In this document: positions 1 to 8,131 of the stretch, in pieces
Layout: each line of letters begins with the position of its first letter
Numbering within the stretch: the first letter of the stretch is position 1
NCBI RefSeq assembly: GCF_004345245.1
Contig: NZ_SLUQ01000012.1
Coordinates: 35,107 to 67,106, forward strand
Source: Rhizobium sp. BK251
GTDB taxonomy: Bacteria > Pseudomonadota > Alphaproteobacteria > Rhizobiales > Rhizobiaceae
Direction: 5' to 3'
DNA: 32,000 nt
Translations under genes and position numbers: made by a program
The notes under the pieces: generated by a model
What the model was told of the DNA's origin: nothing
The model's input: the letters and a program-made list of their open reading frames with translations, nothing else
Database searches by the model: none

Positions 1-2
1 GG

Positions 3-578
3 GTGCGAAACCGTCTCTCCTTCTGGCCTTATGCTGTTGCCGGCGCGATCAGCTGGTACGGCTTCCATCAGGCCGGCATTCATCCGGCACTCGGCTTGCT
101 GCCCATCATCCCGGCCATACCGCATTCCGACATCGAGTTCGGGATTTTTGCGGAAGCGGAAGGACAACGGGCAGATTTGCTCAACGTTATCGAACATGCC
201 CTCAAGGGTCCTGTTCAGATCGTCCTGTTTCTGTTCGGGTTGGCAAATGCGGGGGTCGAGTTTTCCGCCTTCGGAGAGGCAACCCTGTTGGTAGCGGCGG
301 GGCTCATCATCGGCAAGCCGCTCGGGATTGCAATCTTCGGCTTTATCGCAGCCCATCTCTTGGGCCTCGGCCTGCCGGCGGGCATGGGTTTCAAGGACCT
401 TATTGTCCTTGGCTGCGTCGCGGCAATCGGTTTCACCGTTTCCCTGTTCGTCGCAAGCGTTGCTTTTCCAGCCGGCGACATTCAGGATGCGGCAAAGATG
501 GGAGCACTTTTTTCGTTTGCCGCGGCTTTCATTTCGGTCGCAGCAGGTCGCCTCTTTGCGATCCGAAGACGTCAATAA
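3..578 (+). CDS. nhaA: Na+/H+ antiporter NhaA, C-terminal ~190 aa (5' end outside the window)
   Basis: The ORF is open to the left edge. It is a polytopic hydrophobic sequence with NhaA-like stretches (LFLFGLANAGVEF, IIGKPLGIAIFGF, GCVAAIGFTVSLFVASVAF). Family call is from motif recognition only. Confidence 0.75.
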   Translation: MRNRLSFWPYAVAGAISWYGFHQAGIHPALGLLPIIPAIPHSDIEFGIFAEAEGQRADLLNVIEHALKGPVQIVLFLFGLANAGVEFSAFGEATLLVAAGLIIGKPLGIAIFGFIAAHLLGLGLPAGMGFKDLIVLGCVAAIGFTVSLFVASVAFPAGDIQDAAKMGALFSFAAAFISVAAGRLFAIRRRQ

Positions 579-685
579 GCCCTGACTAAGTCATGCTCTT
601 GATGAGATCCTAATCCTCGACCCCATTACTGCTTGGGGCTGACGAAAGCGGCAGGGCTTTGACTTCGACAAGAATAGCCAGCAGT

Positions 686-1234
686 TCAGCGCTCGAAACG
701 TTCCAGCATCTTCTTTAACTGAGCATTCTGCAGTCGGAGCTTGTTCGCCAACTGGGTCCGGAGTGCGTTGATCTCGTGGTCCAGGTTCGTCATCTCATCA
801 GCATCGGAGGGAACGGTTGGAGAGACTTGTGAAATGACCTCCGCAGTTTCAACCGTTTTTGCGCGAGTCCTTGGTTTGGGGACCGCAGCCTTGGAAGTCT
901 TATCGACCTTCGCAGCAGTAACACCGACATTAGGTAAGACTGGGTCAGCGGCTGGCGCGATCCTGGCACGATCGCTTTCCACACTATCCAGAGCCTCGTC
1001 GCGGGTTTCGCCGGATTGTTCAGGCTGTGCCGGAACCGCATCGGATCGATCGACGGCCTGCGGTTGTTCGCCTGGAGGCTGATCGGCAATATGGAAGTTC
1101 TCCTCGACTGCGGTCTCGGTCGGACCAGCGATTGCCAGTGCCCCTGGCACTACCTCTTCGTTCGAGCGATCGTCTTGCTTTGGCTGGCGCCGCGGCGACA
1201 CAAGTCGGGTAAGGAATTTCCAGGGAGACGCCAT
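686..1234 (-). CDS. hypothetical protein, largely disordered (P/A/E/Q-rich) with a C-terminal coiled-coil tail; paralog of 1363..1812
   Basis: 182-aa ORF. Its tail DEMTNLDHEINALRTQLANKLRLQNAQLKKMLERFER aligns with the tail of the neighbouring ORF (shared DEM..L...E...LR..LA.KLR..NA.L). The overlapping ORFs on the other strand look like GC-rich artefacts. Confidence 0.5.
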   Translation of the reverse strand: MASPWKFLTRLVSPRRQPKQDDRSNEEVVPGALAIAGPTETAVEENFHIADQPPGEQPQAVDRSDAVPAQPEQSGETRDEALDSVESDRARIAPAADPVLPNVGVTAAKVDKTSKAAVPKPRTRAKTVETAEVISQVSPTVPSDADEMTNLDHEINALRTQLANKLRLQNAQLKKMLERFER

Positions 1235-1362
1235 TCATTCGACCTTGCGTTTAACCGGCATGCCGCCTGCGGGCTGACGCTCTGGTAGCGTCAGTGACCG
1301 CTGTCACTTACCCCTCATGATAACCATGGGAATGCGGTCAGCGATTGGCCGCCAGTTGTTTC

Positions 1363-1812
1363 TCAATCGAGCTTCAGACGTCTACGCAGATCCGCGTTTT
1401 CCGCGCGGAGCTTTTCGGCCAGCAGCTTGCGCAGCTTCTGGTTCTCTTCTTCCAGCTGCAGGAGATCCGCCATCTCGTCACCCGCTTCTGCTACCACTGG
1501 CGACACGGAAGGTGCCGTTGGTGCGGCTGGGTTCGCCTGGACGGCCTTCGGAGCGCGTTTCACCGATGCGCTCTTTGTGGAGCTGGCGCTGTCGACTGAC
1601 TTGGTCTTGCGTCCGCGATTCTGCTTTTCGGGCCCGCCGGTCGAATCGACGGCTGGTTCGGCTGCACCATTAGCCGAGGCGGCCTGCGGAGCAGCATTTT
1701 TCCCACGAGGTCTGCGCTGCTTCTTCGCTGCGGCTGGCAATTCCACAATGGCCGGCGCATCAGAATTGGTCATCGTATCGATTTCGTCGGCCATGATTGT
1801 CTCCTCTGTCAC
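1363..1812 (-). CDS. hypothetical protein, K/R/A-rich disordered body with a C-terminal coiled-coil tail; paralog of 686..1234
   Basis: 149-aa ORF ending DEMADLLQLEEENQKLRKLLAEKLRAENADLRRRLKLD. From memory this tail resembles rhizobial proteins annotated as SyrB-like regulators; I could not verify that here. Confidence 0.55.
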   Translation of the reverse strand: MTEETIMADEIDTMTNSDAPAIVELPAAAKKQRRPRGKNAAPQAASANGAAEPAVDSTGGPEKQNRGRKTKSVDSASSTKSASVKRAPKAVQANPAAPTAPSVSPVVAEAGDEMADLLQLEEENQKLRKLLAEKLRAENADLRRRLKLD

Positions 1813-1972
1813 GCTTGTAGTTGTGTGCTACCCAACCGATGGTGTCAACAAGGGCATTTCCGGCGCGGCTTTTGATCGAGACGTGCCGCTATCGGACGTT
1901 TTCACCGCGTGGGTATCCGGCGCGAAGGGCATTCCGTCTTCCTCGACATCGCGGGCAAGGGACTTGAGATCC

Positions 1973-2290
1973 ATTACCGTTGGCGCCGGCTTCGGCAGCA
2001 CGGTCGGATCACTGCTCGGCACCAGCATCGCGCTCGCCGCGATCCTCGGCATGGCCGGGTATTTTGCCGGCGTCGTACAGGCGCCGATGACCGCTTTCGT
2101 CATCATCCTGGAAATGACTGGCGACCACCAGGCCGTCATCCCGATCGTGGCAGTCTCGATGATCGGCTACATGATCTCGCGCATTCTCTCCCGCGAACCG
2201 CTCTATCATGGCCTCTCGCGCGCCTTCATCGCGGCGTCGATCCGGGCACGGCGGCCTGCGGAGAAGGAACCGGAATCAACTCGAACGTGA
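1973..2290 (+). pseudogene. remnant of a ClC/EriC-type chloride channel (last ~105 codons only)
   Basis: The in-frame tail of ORF 1427..2290 reads GAGFGSTVGSLLG...GMAGYFAGVVQAPMTAFVIILEMTGDHQAVIPIVAVSMIGYMISRILSREPLYHGL. That matches the C-terminal helices of ClC channels. The ~300 aa N-terminal body is absent, and the upstream part of the ORF is antisense to 1363..1812. Confidence 0.55.
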
Positions 2291-2555
2291 TACAGACAAC
2301 CCACGGCCATGCGCGACTATCTCACTGACCGGTATTCTACTCGCCGCGAACATGACGGCTCCTAGACGATCTTCGATCTGTTCACCGGGCTCGCGGCGGA
2401 CTACCACGGACGTCCGACAACTCAAATGAACGAGGACGGATCGACGTCCCTGTGCATCGTCATGAATGCACTCGACAAGCAAAGGCGGCGACAAACCTCG
2501 AAGTAGCTCTCGCAGCGCCTTCGGGAGCGACACAGATCATATGGAGGAGCACACT

Positions 2556-2951
2556 ATGGAGGCAGTGAAGCGAAAAGGCAGTTGTTCCTGCGGCCAGCTT
2601 TCGATCAGGGCCGAGGGAGAACCCGTCAAGATCTCCGCCTGCCACTGCCGGGAATGCCAGCGACGCACGGGCAGCGCATTCGGGGTGGCGGTCTTCTTCG
2701 ACAGGGAGAAGGTGGCGGCTTCCGGAGCCTCGAATAGTTATAAAAGACTGGGCGACAGCGGAAGATCGATCGAGTTCAGGTTCTGCCTGGCCTGCGGGTC
2801 GACGGTCTATTGGATGCCGGAGTTCCGGAAAGATCTCGTCGCGGTCGCATTGGGATGCCTTGAAGAGCCGTCTTCCATGGTTCCTACGCAGAGCGTATAC
2901 GAGGAGAGTCGCCTGAGATGGGTGGGGTTCGACCTGCCCGGCAGAGACTGA
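2556..2951 (+). CDS. GFA-family (glutathione-dependent formaldehyde-activating / CENP-V-like) zinc protein
   Basis: Cys pattern CSCG...CHCRECQRRTGSAF...FCLACGSTVYW. I prefer the ATG at 2556 because GGAGGAG lies 6 nt upstream; the ORF track starts earlier, at 2466. Confidence 0.75.
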   Translation: MEAVKRKGSCSCGQLSIRAEGEPVKISACHCRECQRRTGSAFGVAVFFDREKVAASGASNSYKRLGDSGRSIEFRFCLACGSTVYWMPEFRKDLVAVALGCLEEPSSMVPTQSVYEESRLRWVGFDLPGRD

Positions 2952-3048
2952 CATTCCAGCGAGTCCTTGACTGATGCCCGGCTCCGCTTGCCCAAGCAGC
3001 GCGACCGCTCGCAGTATTGTCATTTTCCTCACGTCAAAAGTTGAATTA

Positions 3049-3065
3049 ATATCACGGCATGATAT
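3049..3065. promoter_or_regulatory. 17-bp palindromic site P1: ATATCA-CGGCA-TGATAT
   Basis: Perfect 6-bp inverted arms with a 5-nt spacer. It overlaps the ATG (3059) of ORF 3059..3640. It is one of six related sites (see findings). Confidence 0.45.
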
Positions 3066-3640
3066 TTTCAGCCGCAGCGATAGGCCTGAAGGTCCTTGGG
3101 TTCATTACCCCTGCCTTCCTTCGCCGACCGGACGCCCCGAGGACTGACGCGCGTGAGCTCGTGGCTGTGAGCCTTCTGCTTGACGAGTGGTGCAGACGTT
3201 CGGCGGTTAACCGAAGCGATCCGACGGCTTATGCCACAATTGCAAGGATCGTCGCGCTCCGAGAGGCCGGAAAAACCATCGAAGAGGTGGGGTCCGAGAT
3301 AATTTCGGAAACTGCGTCGGAGGCCGAAGACATCGAAAATGGCAAACAGATGCAAAAATTCGACCTGGTCGATAGCCGAACCGCCTCGGCCTATCCGGGG
3401 CACGTCATCGTCGTCGCGGGCGACGACGTCAGGACAACCGGCAAACTCGTAATCAAAGGCCAACCTCACCAAAGCGAAGCGGAGCCGCTCGAAACCGCAA
3501 TCCACCACGCCCTGCTGGTCAGGCAGAGGGACGCGTTGCCGATTGCGGTGCAAGACGATCTGGGACTGTGGCCTTCAAGGCTCGGCCACCTTGCCCTCTG
3601 GCCCCCTAACGGCGCTTGCAGGCGGCATCGCGACACATAG
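3059..3640 (+). CDS. hypothetical protein
   Basis: 193-aa ORF with no recognisable motif. Its start codon lies inside palindrome P1, so the true start is uncertain. Confidence 0.3.
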   Translation: MIFSAAAIGLKVLGFITPAFLRRPDAPRTDARELVAVSLLLDEWCRRSAVNRSDPTAYATIARIVALREAGKTIEEVGSEIISETASEAEDIENGKQMQKFDLVDSRTASAYPGHVIVVAGDDVRTTGKLVIKGQPHQSEAEPLETAIHHALLVRQRDALPIAVQDDLGLWPSRLGHLALWPPNGACRRHRDT

Positions 3641-3893
3641 GTCTGGCAGATGTGCGTCAGTAAACCGTCGCCGAGGGCAATGCGTTGATCTTGGTCGACG
3701 CCACGCCGATGAAGGTGCCGATCAGCAGCGGGGCGGTGGCAACCGCTGCGACGGAGAAAAGCGTCGCTCTGAACCAGATCTGCCGCCGCGCCAGAACCGA
3801 TATCGACCATGGCGTCCCCTTCTTCGAGACAAGATCAGATAGCTTCGAGGGATAGAAAGGCAACCTCGCAGATGTTTCGGGCCTGGAATTGAG

Positions 3894-4154
3894 CTAGAGA
3901 TGGCTCGTTCGACCGCTCAACGTCTTTCGGCGGCACTTGTCCAACGCGTTTACGACGGCGCAAAGGCTATCGGCGACGCCCTCGTCCAGTCCGTCGAGAA
4001 ACCGTCCGACATAATCCGCCGGCCAGCCGGTGAAGACGTCGAACACCGTCCAGGTGCCATCCCCTTCGACCCGTACGCCGAAACGATTGGTCTCAGATGG
4101 CTGCATTCCGGGTCTGCGGTTTCCAAACACGATGTAATTTTCTCGCGACGTCAC
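3894..4154 (-). CDS. hypothetical small protein
   Basis: 86-aa ORF with globular-looking composition (GTWTVFDVFTGWPADYVGRFLDGLDEGVADSL). An internal Met at residue 17 is an alternative start. Confidence 0.4.
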   Translation of the reverse strand: MTSRENYIVFGNRRPGMQPSETNRFGVRVEGDGTWTVFDVFTGWPADYVGRFLDGLDEGVADSLCAVVNALDKCRRKTLSGRTSHL

Positions 4155-4286
4155 GAAATAGGCACAGTCTTTTTGCCACCATCAGGAGAATATGGTCCGC
4201 GAGTGATAAGTCGATGCCCGGTGCTTTGCACTGTCTTCGGCATCGGTGGCACTCGCGAACCGTTCTCCTGACGTGGTCCGTCATTT

Positions 4287-4303
4287 ATATCACATCATGA
4301 CAT
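4287..4303. promoter_or_regulatory. 17-bp palindromic site P2: ATATCA-CATCA-TGACAT
   Basis: It ends 17 nt before the marR-like ATG (4321), directly upstream of the GGAAGGA Shine-Dalgarno. 11 of 12 arm positions match the consensus. Confidence 0.45.
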
Positions 4304-4320
4304 TTTGGAAGGACTAATCA

Positions 4321-4761
4321 ATGCCTCGATCGGGACGCCGGACATCCGGCCTGGCTGACGACGTCTATGATGGCCTCGCAGGCTTCCGGCTCGCCATGCG
4401 GCGGTTCCTGTCGTTCAGCGAGGCGGCGCTTGCCGAGGCGGGGGTGACCTCCCATCAATATCAGGTTCTGCTCGTCGTCCGGACGGCGCCCGGCCGACAG
4501 ATCAAGCTTCGCGATCTCGCAGGACAGATGCTGATGCACCACAACGGCGCGGTCCAGCTCGTTGACCGCATGTGTTCGGCAGGTCTGACAGAGCGGATAC
4601 CCGCCGAAGACGACAAGCGAAGCGTACTGATCGGTATGACGCCGAGGGGTGAGACAGTTCTTGAAGCTCTGGCGAAGATCCATGTCGACGGTATGCTCGA
4701 GAATGAACCACTATTGGCAGAATCCCTTGCGCGACTGCGACAGGTGACCGAACTCGCCTGA
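4321..4761 (+). CDS. MarR-family transcriptional regulator
   Basis: Winged-helix pattern: SHQYQVLLVV...LRDLAGQMLMHHNGAVQLVDRMCSAGLTERIPAEDDKRSVLIGMTPRGETVLEAL. A Shine-Dalgarno GGAAGGA lies upstream. Confidence 0.85.
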   Translation: MPRSGRRTSGLADDVYDGLAGFRLAMRRFLSFSEAALAEAGVTSHQYQVLLVVRTAPGRQIKLRDLAGQMLMHHNGAVQLVDRMCSAGLTERIPAEDDKRSVLIGMTPRGETVLEALAKIHVDGMLENEPLLAESLARLRQVTELA

Positions 4762-4779
4762 ACGGCGTCACCATTTTTT
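4743..4779 (+). terminator. probable intrinsic terminator overlapping the marR 3' end
   Basis: GGTGAC (4743-4748) pairs with GTCACC (4767-4772). The loop is long (18 nt). A run of six T (4774-4779) follows. Confidence 0.5.
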
Positions 4780-4813
4780 GATCGCAGTGTGCTTGACCTC
4801 TCATTCTCATTTT

Positions 4814-4830
4814 GTATCATGTCATGATAT
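4814..4830. promoter_or_regulatory. 17-bp palindromic site P3: GTATCA-TGTCA-TGATAT
   Basis: It can also be read as the perfect 15-bp palindrome TATCATG-T-CATGATA (4815-4829). It ends 20 nt before ATG 4851, just upstream of the GAGGAG Shine-Dalgarno. Confidence 0.45.
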
Positions 4831-4850
4831 AAAAACAGAGGAGAACAGCT

Positions 4851-5267
4851 ATGCAAAATGGCGAAAGTGGCTGGTCCGGATACCGGCCTTCCAAGACTCT
4901 CTGGAGTTGGTCGATCGTCGGCGCCTGCGCCCTGACGATGGTGCTCGGCTTCACCTGGGGCGGCTGGACGACGTCAGGCAGGGCTAAGGTCATGACCGAG
5001 ATTGCCGTCCGCAACGCGAAGGCGGATCTGGTCGCGAGCATCTGCGTCCATAACTTTGTCACCGCGACCGACGCCGAGCATAATCTCAAGGCCCTGCAGG
5101 CAAAGTCTTCGTGGCAGCGCGACGACTATATCACCCAAGGCGGCTGGGCGAAGATCGACGGGATCGACGGAACCGTCACGAATGCGGCCGATACCTGCGC
5201 CGACCAGCTCCTCAAGATGAAGGAACTACCGCGATCGGGAGGAGATGCGGCAGTGACTGACAGCTAG
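4851..5267 (+). CDS. hypothetical membrane-anchored protein
   Basis: 138-aa ORF with a good Shine-Dalgarno (GAGGAG). It has one N-terminal TM segment (LWSWSIVGACALTMVLGFTWGGW). A strong terminator follows. Confidence 0.6.
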   Translation: MQNGESGWSGYRPSKTLWSWSIVGACALTMVLGFTWGGWTTSGRAKVMTEIAVRNAKADLVASICVHNFVTATDAEHNLKALQAKSSWQRDDYITQGGWAKIDGIDGTVTNAADTCADQLLKMKELPRSGGDAAVTDS

Positions 5268-5306
5268 GCATCGACCGGGCGTGATGAGATCACCTGGTTG
5301 GCGCGA

Positions 5307-5345
5307 GGCCCGTCCGAAATGATTTCGGACGGGCCATTTTCTTTG
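5307..5345 (+). terminator. rho-independent terminator
   Basis: Perfect 12-13 bp stem GGCCCGTCCGAA(A)/(T)TTCGGACGGGCC (5307-5335). ATTTTCTTTG follows. It sits between the convergent genes 4851..5267 (+) and 5355..5657 (-). Confidence 0.85.
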
Positions 5346-5354
5346 AAACAGCCC

Positions 5355-5657
5355 CTACCGTCCGGCGGCCAAGGCCTCTTGCAATGCCAACAGTATCTCC
5401 TTGGTCATGAGATGTGCTGCCATCAGGACAGCTGGAGACAACGGCCGTCCATCGCGAGCGTCGCGACAGACCTTGAGGAGGCCGACAAGCTCCACTGGGT
5501 TCTCGATGAAACCATCCAGCGCCTCTTCGACGTCCTTGGGGAACTGCGGTCCGACATTGGAGGCCAACTCGCCGTCCTCGTTCAGAACTCCTCGTTCGAT
5601 CAGAATGATTTCAAGCCGGCCCACCCAGAGACCGAGTTCTGCGCGTCTGTCGATCAT
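5355..5657 (-). CDS. hypothetical protein downstream of the response regulator
   Basis: 100-aa ORF starting 15 nt after the stop of 5673..6095 on the same strand. No motif recognised. The competing + strand ORFs are antisense to the receiver gene. Confidence 0.45.
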   Translation of the reverse strand: MIDRRAELGLWVGRLEIILIERGVLNEDGELASNVGPQFPKDVEEALDGFIENPVELVGLLKVCRDARDGRPLSPAVLMAAHLMTKEILLALQEALAAGR

Positions 5658-5672
5658 GTTATCGCCCCTCGT

Positions 5673-6095
5673 TTACGCGAAGACGCGCATCCCTTCTGGC
5701 GGCGAGCGGCGCCCGCCTTCGCGAATCGTCCTCAGGTACTCAATCACGCTACCGATCAGTTTCGGCTGGGCAGGCTTCGATATCAGACCGATGACTTTTG
5801 ACAGATCGGTGACGATCATTTCCGCGTTGGCGGTAACCATGACCACCGAGACGCCGAACTCGTTCGCGAGGTACTGCGCAATCCTCGGTCCGGTGGCTCC
5901 GTCGCGAAGGTTGACGTCGACCAGGGCGATGGTCGCAAACGGGGCGAGCCGCTGAGCGCTTTCGAAACTATCGGCAATTCCCACGACCTCGTAGCCGGAG
6001 CTCGCCACCATATCCTGAACGTCCGCGGCGATCAGCGCGTCGTCCTCCACGACCAGAATCTTTTCCAAAAGCCGCTCGCCTCCCCAATCGTTCAT
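5673..6095 (-). CDS. single-domain response regulator (CheY-like receiver only)
   Basis: KILVVEDDALIAADV...IALVDVNLRDG...VVMVTAN...LISKP gives the acidic pocket, phospho-acceptor Asp, and conserved Thr and Lys positions. There is no output domain. Confidence 0.8.
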   Translation of the reverse strand: MNDWGGERLLEKILVVEDDALIAADVQDMVASSGYEVVGIADSFESAQRLAPFATIALVDVNLRDGATGPRIAQYLANEFGVSVVMVTANAEMIVTDLSKVIGLISKPAQPKLIGSVIEYLRTIREGGRRSPPEGMRVFA

Positions 6096-6134
6096 GCTGC
6101 ATTCAGGATTGACATTATGGGCGAAGGGTTAAAG

Positions 6135-6151
6135 AATGTCATCACATGATA
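6135..6151. promoter_or_regulatory. 17-bp palindromic site P4: ATGTCA-TCACA-TGATAC
   Basis: It lies in the divergent region between the response regulator start (6095, -) and a small + ORF (ATG 6166). It ends 14 nt before that ATG, abutting AAAGGAG. 10 of 12 arm positions match the consensus. Confidence 0.35.
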
Positions 6152-6446
6152 CAAAGGAGCGAACCAATGACCAAGAGCGCCATCCTTTCCGCCGTGTTCG
6201 CAAGCTATGTCGCAGTCATGTTCGCCATCGCATCGATCCCCGGTGAGCCTTCGTCCGAAGTGTCTCAAGCTGCGGCTATATTGACCTCGAACTGATCGTG
6301 GGATGTGCAAAACACTGGGCGGGAGGCCGCGTTGACGGTTGATCATGTCCCCTGACGTCAAACTCTTCCTGGCGGGTGTCGCTCTGTTCGTCGCCGCAAT
6401 CTGGGGCGGCGCGATCTACGCCCTCTTTCAGATCTAACCGCAATTT

Positions 6447-6463
6447 TCATCATCACGTGATAT
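6447..6463. promoter_or_regulatory. 17-bp palindromic site P5: TCATCA-TCACG-TGATAT
   Basis: It contains the perfect 10-bp palindrome ATCACGTGAT (6452-6461). It lies 63 nt upstream of ATG 6527. Confidence 0.35.
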
Positions 6464-6526
6464 ATTCTAAAGAGCTTGGAACCGCACAGGCGCCGGGTCC
6501 ATTACTCCTTTGAAGGAGTTTTTATC

Positions 6527-6766
6527 ATGCCGCGTTCCCGACAAGAACAGAGCCCTCTCCCATCGGTGATGGAACCCAGATACGATGTTGCAAGCCTGCG
6601 GCGACGCTACGACATCGACCGACACGAAGCGGAGCGCCTTTTGCGAAGGTTTGGGAATTCGAAGCACGAACTCGACCTGCTGCTTTCGGGAAAGGGGCGA
6701 ACCCCGACGCACCGGCTTCGAGAAGTCGCGACGCCCGATAACAAAGCGGCGTTTGGGATCGGTTGA
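6527..6766 (+). CDS. hypothetical small protein
   Basis: I prefer ATG 6527 because GAAGGAG lies 7 nt upstream; the ORF track starts at 6476. 79 aa, basic and helical-looking (RYDVASLRRRYDIDRHEAERLLRRFGNSKHELDLLL). Confidence 0.5.
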   Translation: MPRSRQEQSPLPSVMEPRYDVASLRRRYDIDRHEAERLLRRFGNSKHELDLLLSGKGRTPTHRLREVATPDNKAAFGIG

Positions 6767-6774
6767 GCCCTGCT

Positions 6775-7263
6775 TCAGTTGCAGCGAGCGACCCGCTCCA
6801 AGGCAGCCGATACTCCTGACAGCGAATAGTCGTAGCTGGTACGCGTTCCTCTCGCCGAGGTCGCCTGCAAGGTCATCTGGCTTCCGGATCGAAGCGCGTT
6901 GATGAATTCAGGTTCCCGCGCCGCGTCCGCGACCCAGGCGGTATTGTCCTTTACGAACATCTTGAACTTCTTCCCGCCAACTGAAACCTGCACCGGCGAT
7001 CCGGCCCGCACTGGGTAGCCGAGGACCGCCTCTGGCTCGTTGCCGCCACCTTTTTCAGCTGGCGCGATAAGGAAATAGTTCTTTCCGTGATCGACGTCGG
7101 AGGGTCTGGATTCCTTGGGCACCGACAGCGCGTAGCACACGAGCTTTCCATCTCTTTTGAAGGAGTAGACGCCCCAGTCGCCGGTCTGGGAGACCATTCT
7201 GGGCGCAGCCTGGGCGGTGAGGGGAATCGATAAGGCGATGAGGAGACCGACAAGTTTCTTCAT
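6775..7263 (-). CDS. secreted protein, invasion-associated locus B (IalB)-like
   Basis: Signal peptide MKKLVGLLIALSIPLTAQA. The body (GDWGVYSF..GKLVCYALSVP...) resembles the IalB family from memory. Confidence 0.65.
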   Translation of the reverse strand: MKKLVGLLIALSIPLTAQAAPRMVSQTGDWGVYSFKRDGKLVCYALSVPKESRPSDVDHGKNYFLIAPAEKGGGNEPEAVLGYPVRAGSPVQVSVGGKKFKMFVKDNTAWVADAAREPEFINALRSGSQMTLQATSARGTRTSYDYSLSGVSAALERVARCN

Positions 7264-7286
7264 TATTTTCCTTTCATCAATTCAGA

Positions 7287-7568
7287 TCAGGGTTCACGAC
7301 GCACCGTGGAAGGTGAGCTGCCCGCACGCTTTCCGCGCAGGAATCTGACCTGTTCGGAGGTGACGCTCCCATTCACGACAACACCTTCCCAGATCCGGTT
7401 ACCAAGCTGGCAGGTGACCAAGGATCCGTCGCTCCCGGTCGCGGAAGTCGTCGAAACCGAAACGAGGTTCTGCAGACGGTAGCGTTGGAATTCTTTTCTC
7501 GAGAGGCCCAAGCGGTCCGCAAGGACCTCATCAGTCGGCAGACGCCGGGGATTGGTTGGATCTGACAC
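7287..7568 (-). CDS. hypothetical protein
   Basis: 93-aa ORF with a GTG start. Palindrome P6 lies 26 nt upstream. No motif recognised. Confidence 0.4.
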   Translation of the reverse strand: MSDPTNPRRLPTDEVLADRLGLSRKEFQRYRLQNLVSVSTTSATGSDGSLVTCQLGNRIWEGVVVNGSVTSEQVRFLRGKRAGSSPSTVRREP

Positions 7569-7594
7569 GATGACGTCAAGCTCCGGTCACAACA

Positions 7595-7611
7595 ATATCA
7601 CATCGTGATAT
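7595..7611. promoter_or_regulatory. 17-bp palindromic site P6: ATATCA-CATCG-TGATAT
   Basis: Perfect arms, extendable to ATATCAC-ATC-GTGATAT. It lies upstream of 7287..7568 (-). Confidence 0.45.
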
Positions 7612-7695
7612 AAATCATCGAGCGACGCCGTTTCAACCCTTTTTGGAAAAGAGAAGCCCTGTCGGTGACGACCGCGGCATATTGGTGAGCGACGG

Positions 7696-8131
7696 CTACA
7701 CCGCATGGCGCACATTCCATGGCGCAACCCATGTCGGCGCTTGGCCCATTGCCCCGGCGGCGCGCGTGGTACTGGTGCCCGCGTGAAGCCGTTCGTAGAG
7801 GGACTTCTGGTCGATGCCCATCCGCTTGAAGATCGCTTCGAGCTTCCTAACCTCGTCCGCGTGCAGGTCACCGTCGGCCGATGCGAGTGACACGAGTTCG
7901 GAGGCGATCGCCTGGCGGGCGCTCTCGGGCACATGTGTGGACGAGTTCCTCCAGGGTAATCAAGTGTTCGGCCAATTGGCCCTCGCTAAAAATTGGCGGG
8001 CGCTGCACCTCCTTGCCGAACTGCGTGACGGTTCGGCGACACCGGTCGCCTAGCAGTCTCTGCATCCTTAAGAAAAACTCCTTGGACAGAACCGAAACTG
8101 GTGTCGAGCGGGAAACCATCAATGCCATCAA
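7696..8131 (-). pseudogene. possible frameshifted TerB/DjlA-like helical protein
   Basis: Two minus-strand ORFs in different frames (8131..7868 and 7932..7696) abut near 7930. Read through, they give ...EGQLAEHLITLEELVHT/PESARQAIASELVSLASADGDLHADEVRKLEAIFKRMGID. The A.ADG....E...L motif is TerB-like. This could be a real frameshift or a sequencing error. Confidence 0.3.

Noticed and set aside
1427-1972. N-terminal 180 codons of the 287-aa + ORF
   Set aside because: It is antisense to the 1363..1812 gene and low-complexity. Only the last ~105 codons resemble a ClC channel, so I called a remnant rather than a gene.
3657-3863. 68-aa minus ORF with one hydrophobic segment
   Set aside because: It has a TTG start with GAGG immediately abutting it (no spacer), and there are overlapping alternative frames. 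The support is too weak to list as a feature.
5281-5293. GTGAT-gag-ATCAC inverted repeat as a seventh copy of the ATATCA-N5-TGATAT motif
   Set aside because: The half-sites are in the opposite orientation (GTGAT…ATCAC rather than ATCA…TGAT). It lies just before a terminator, not upstream of a gene.
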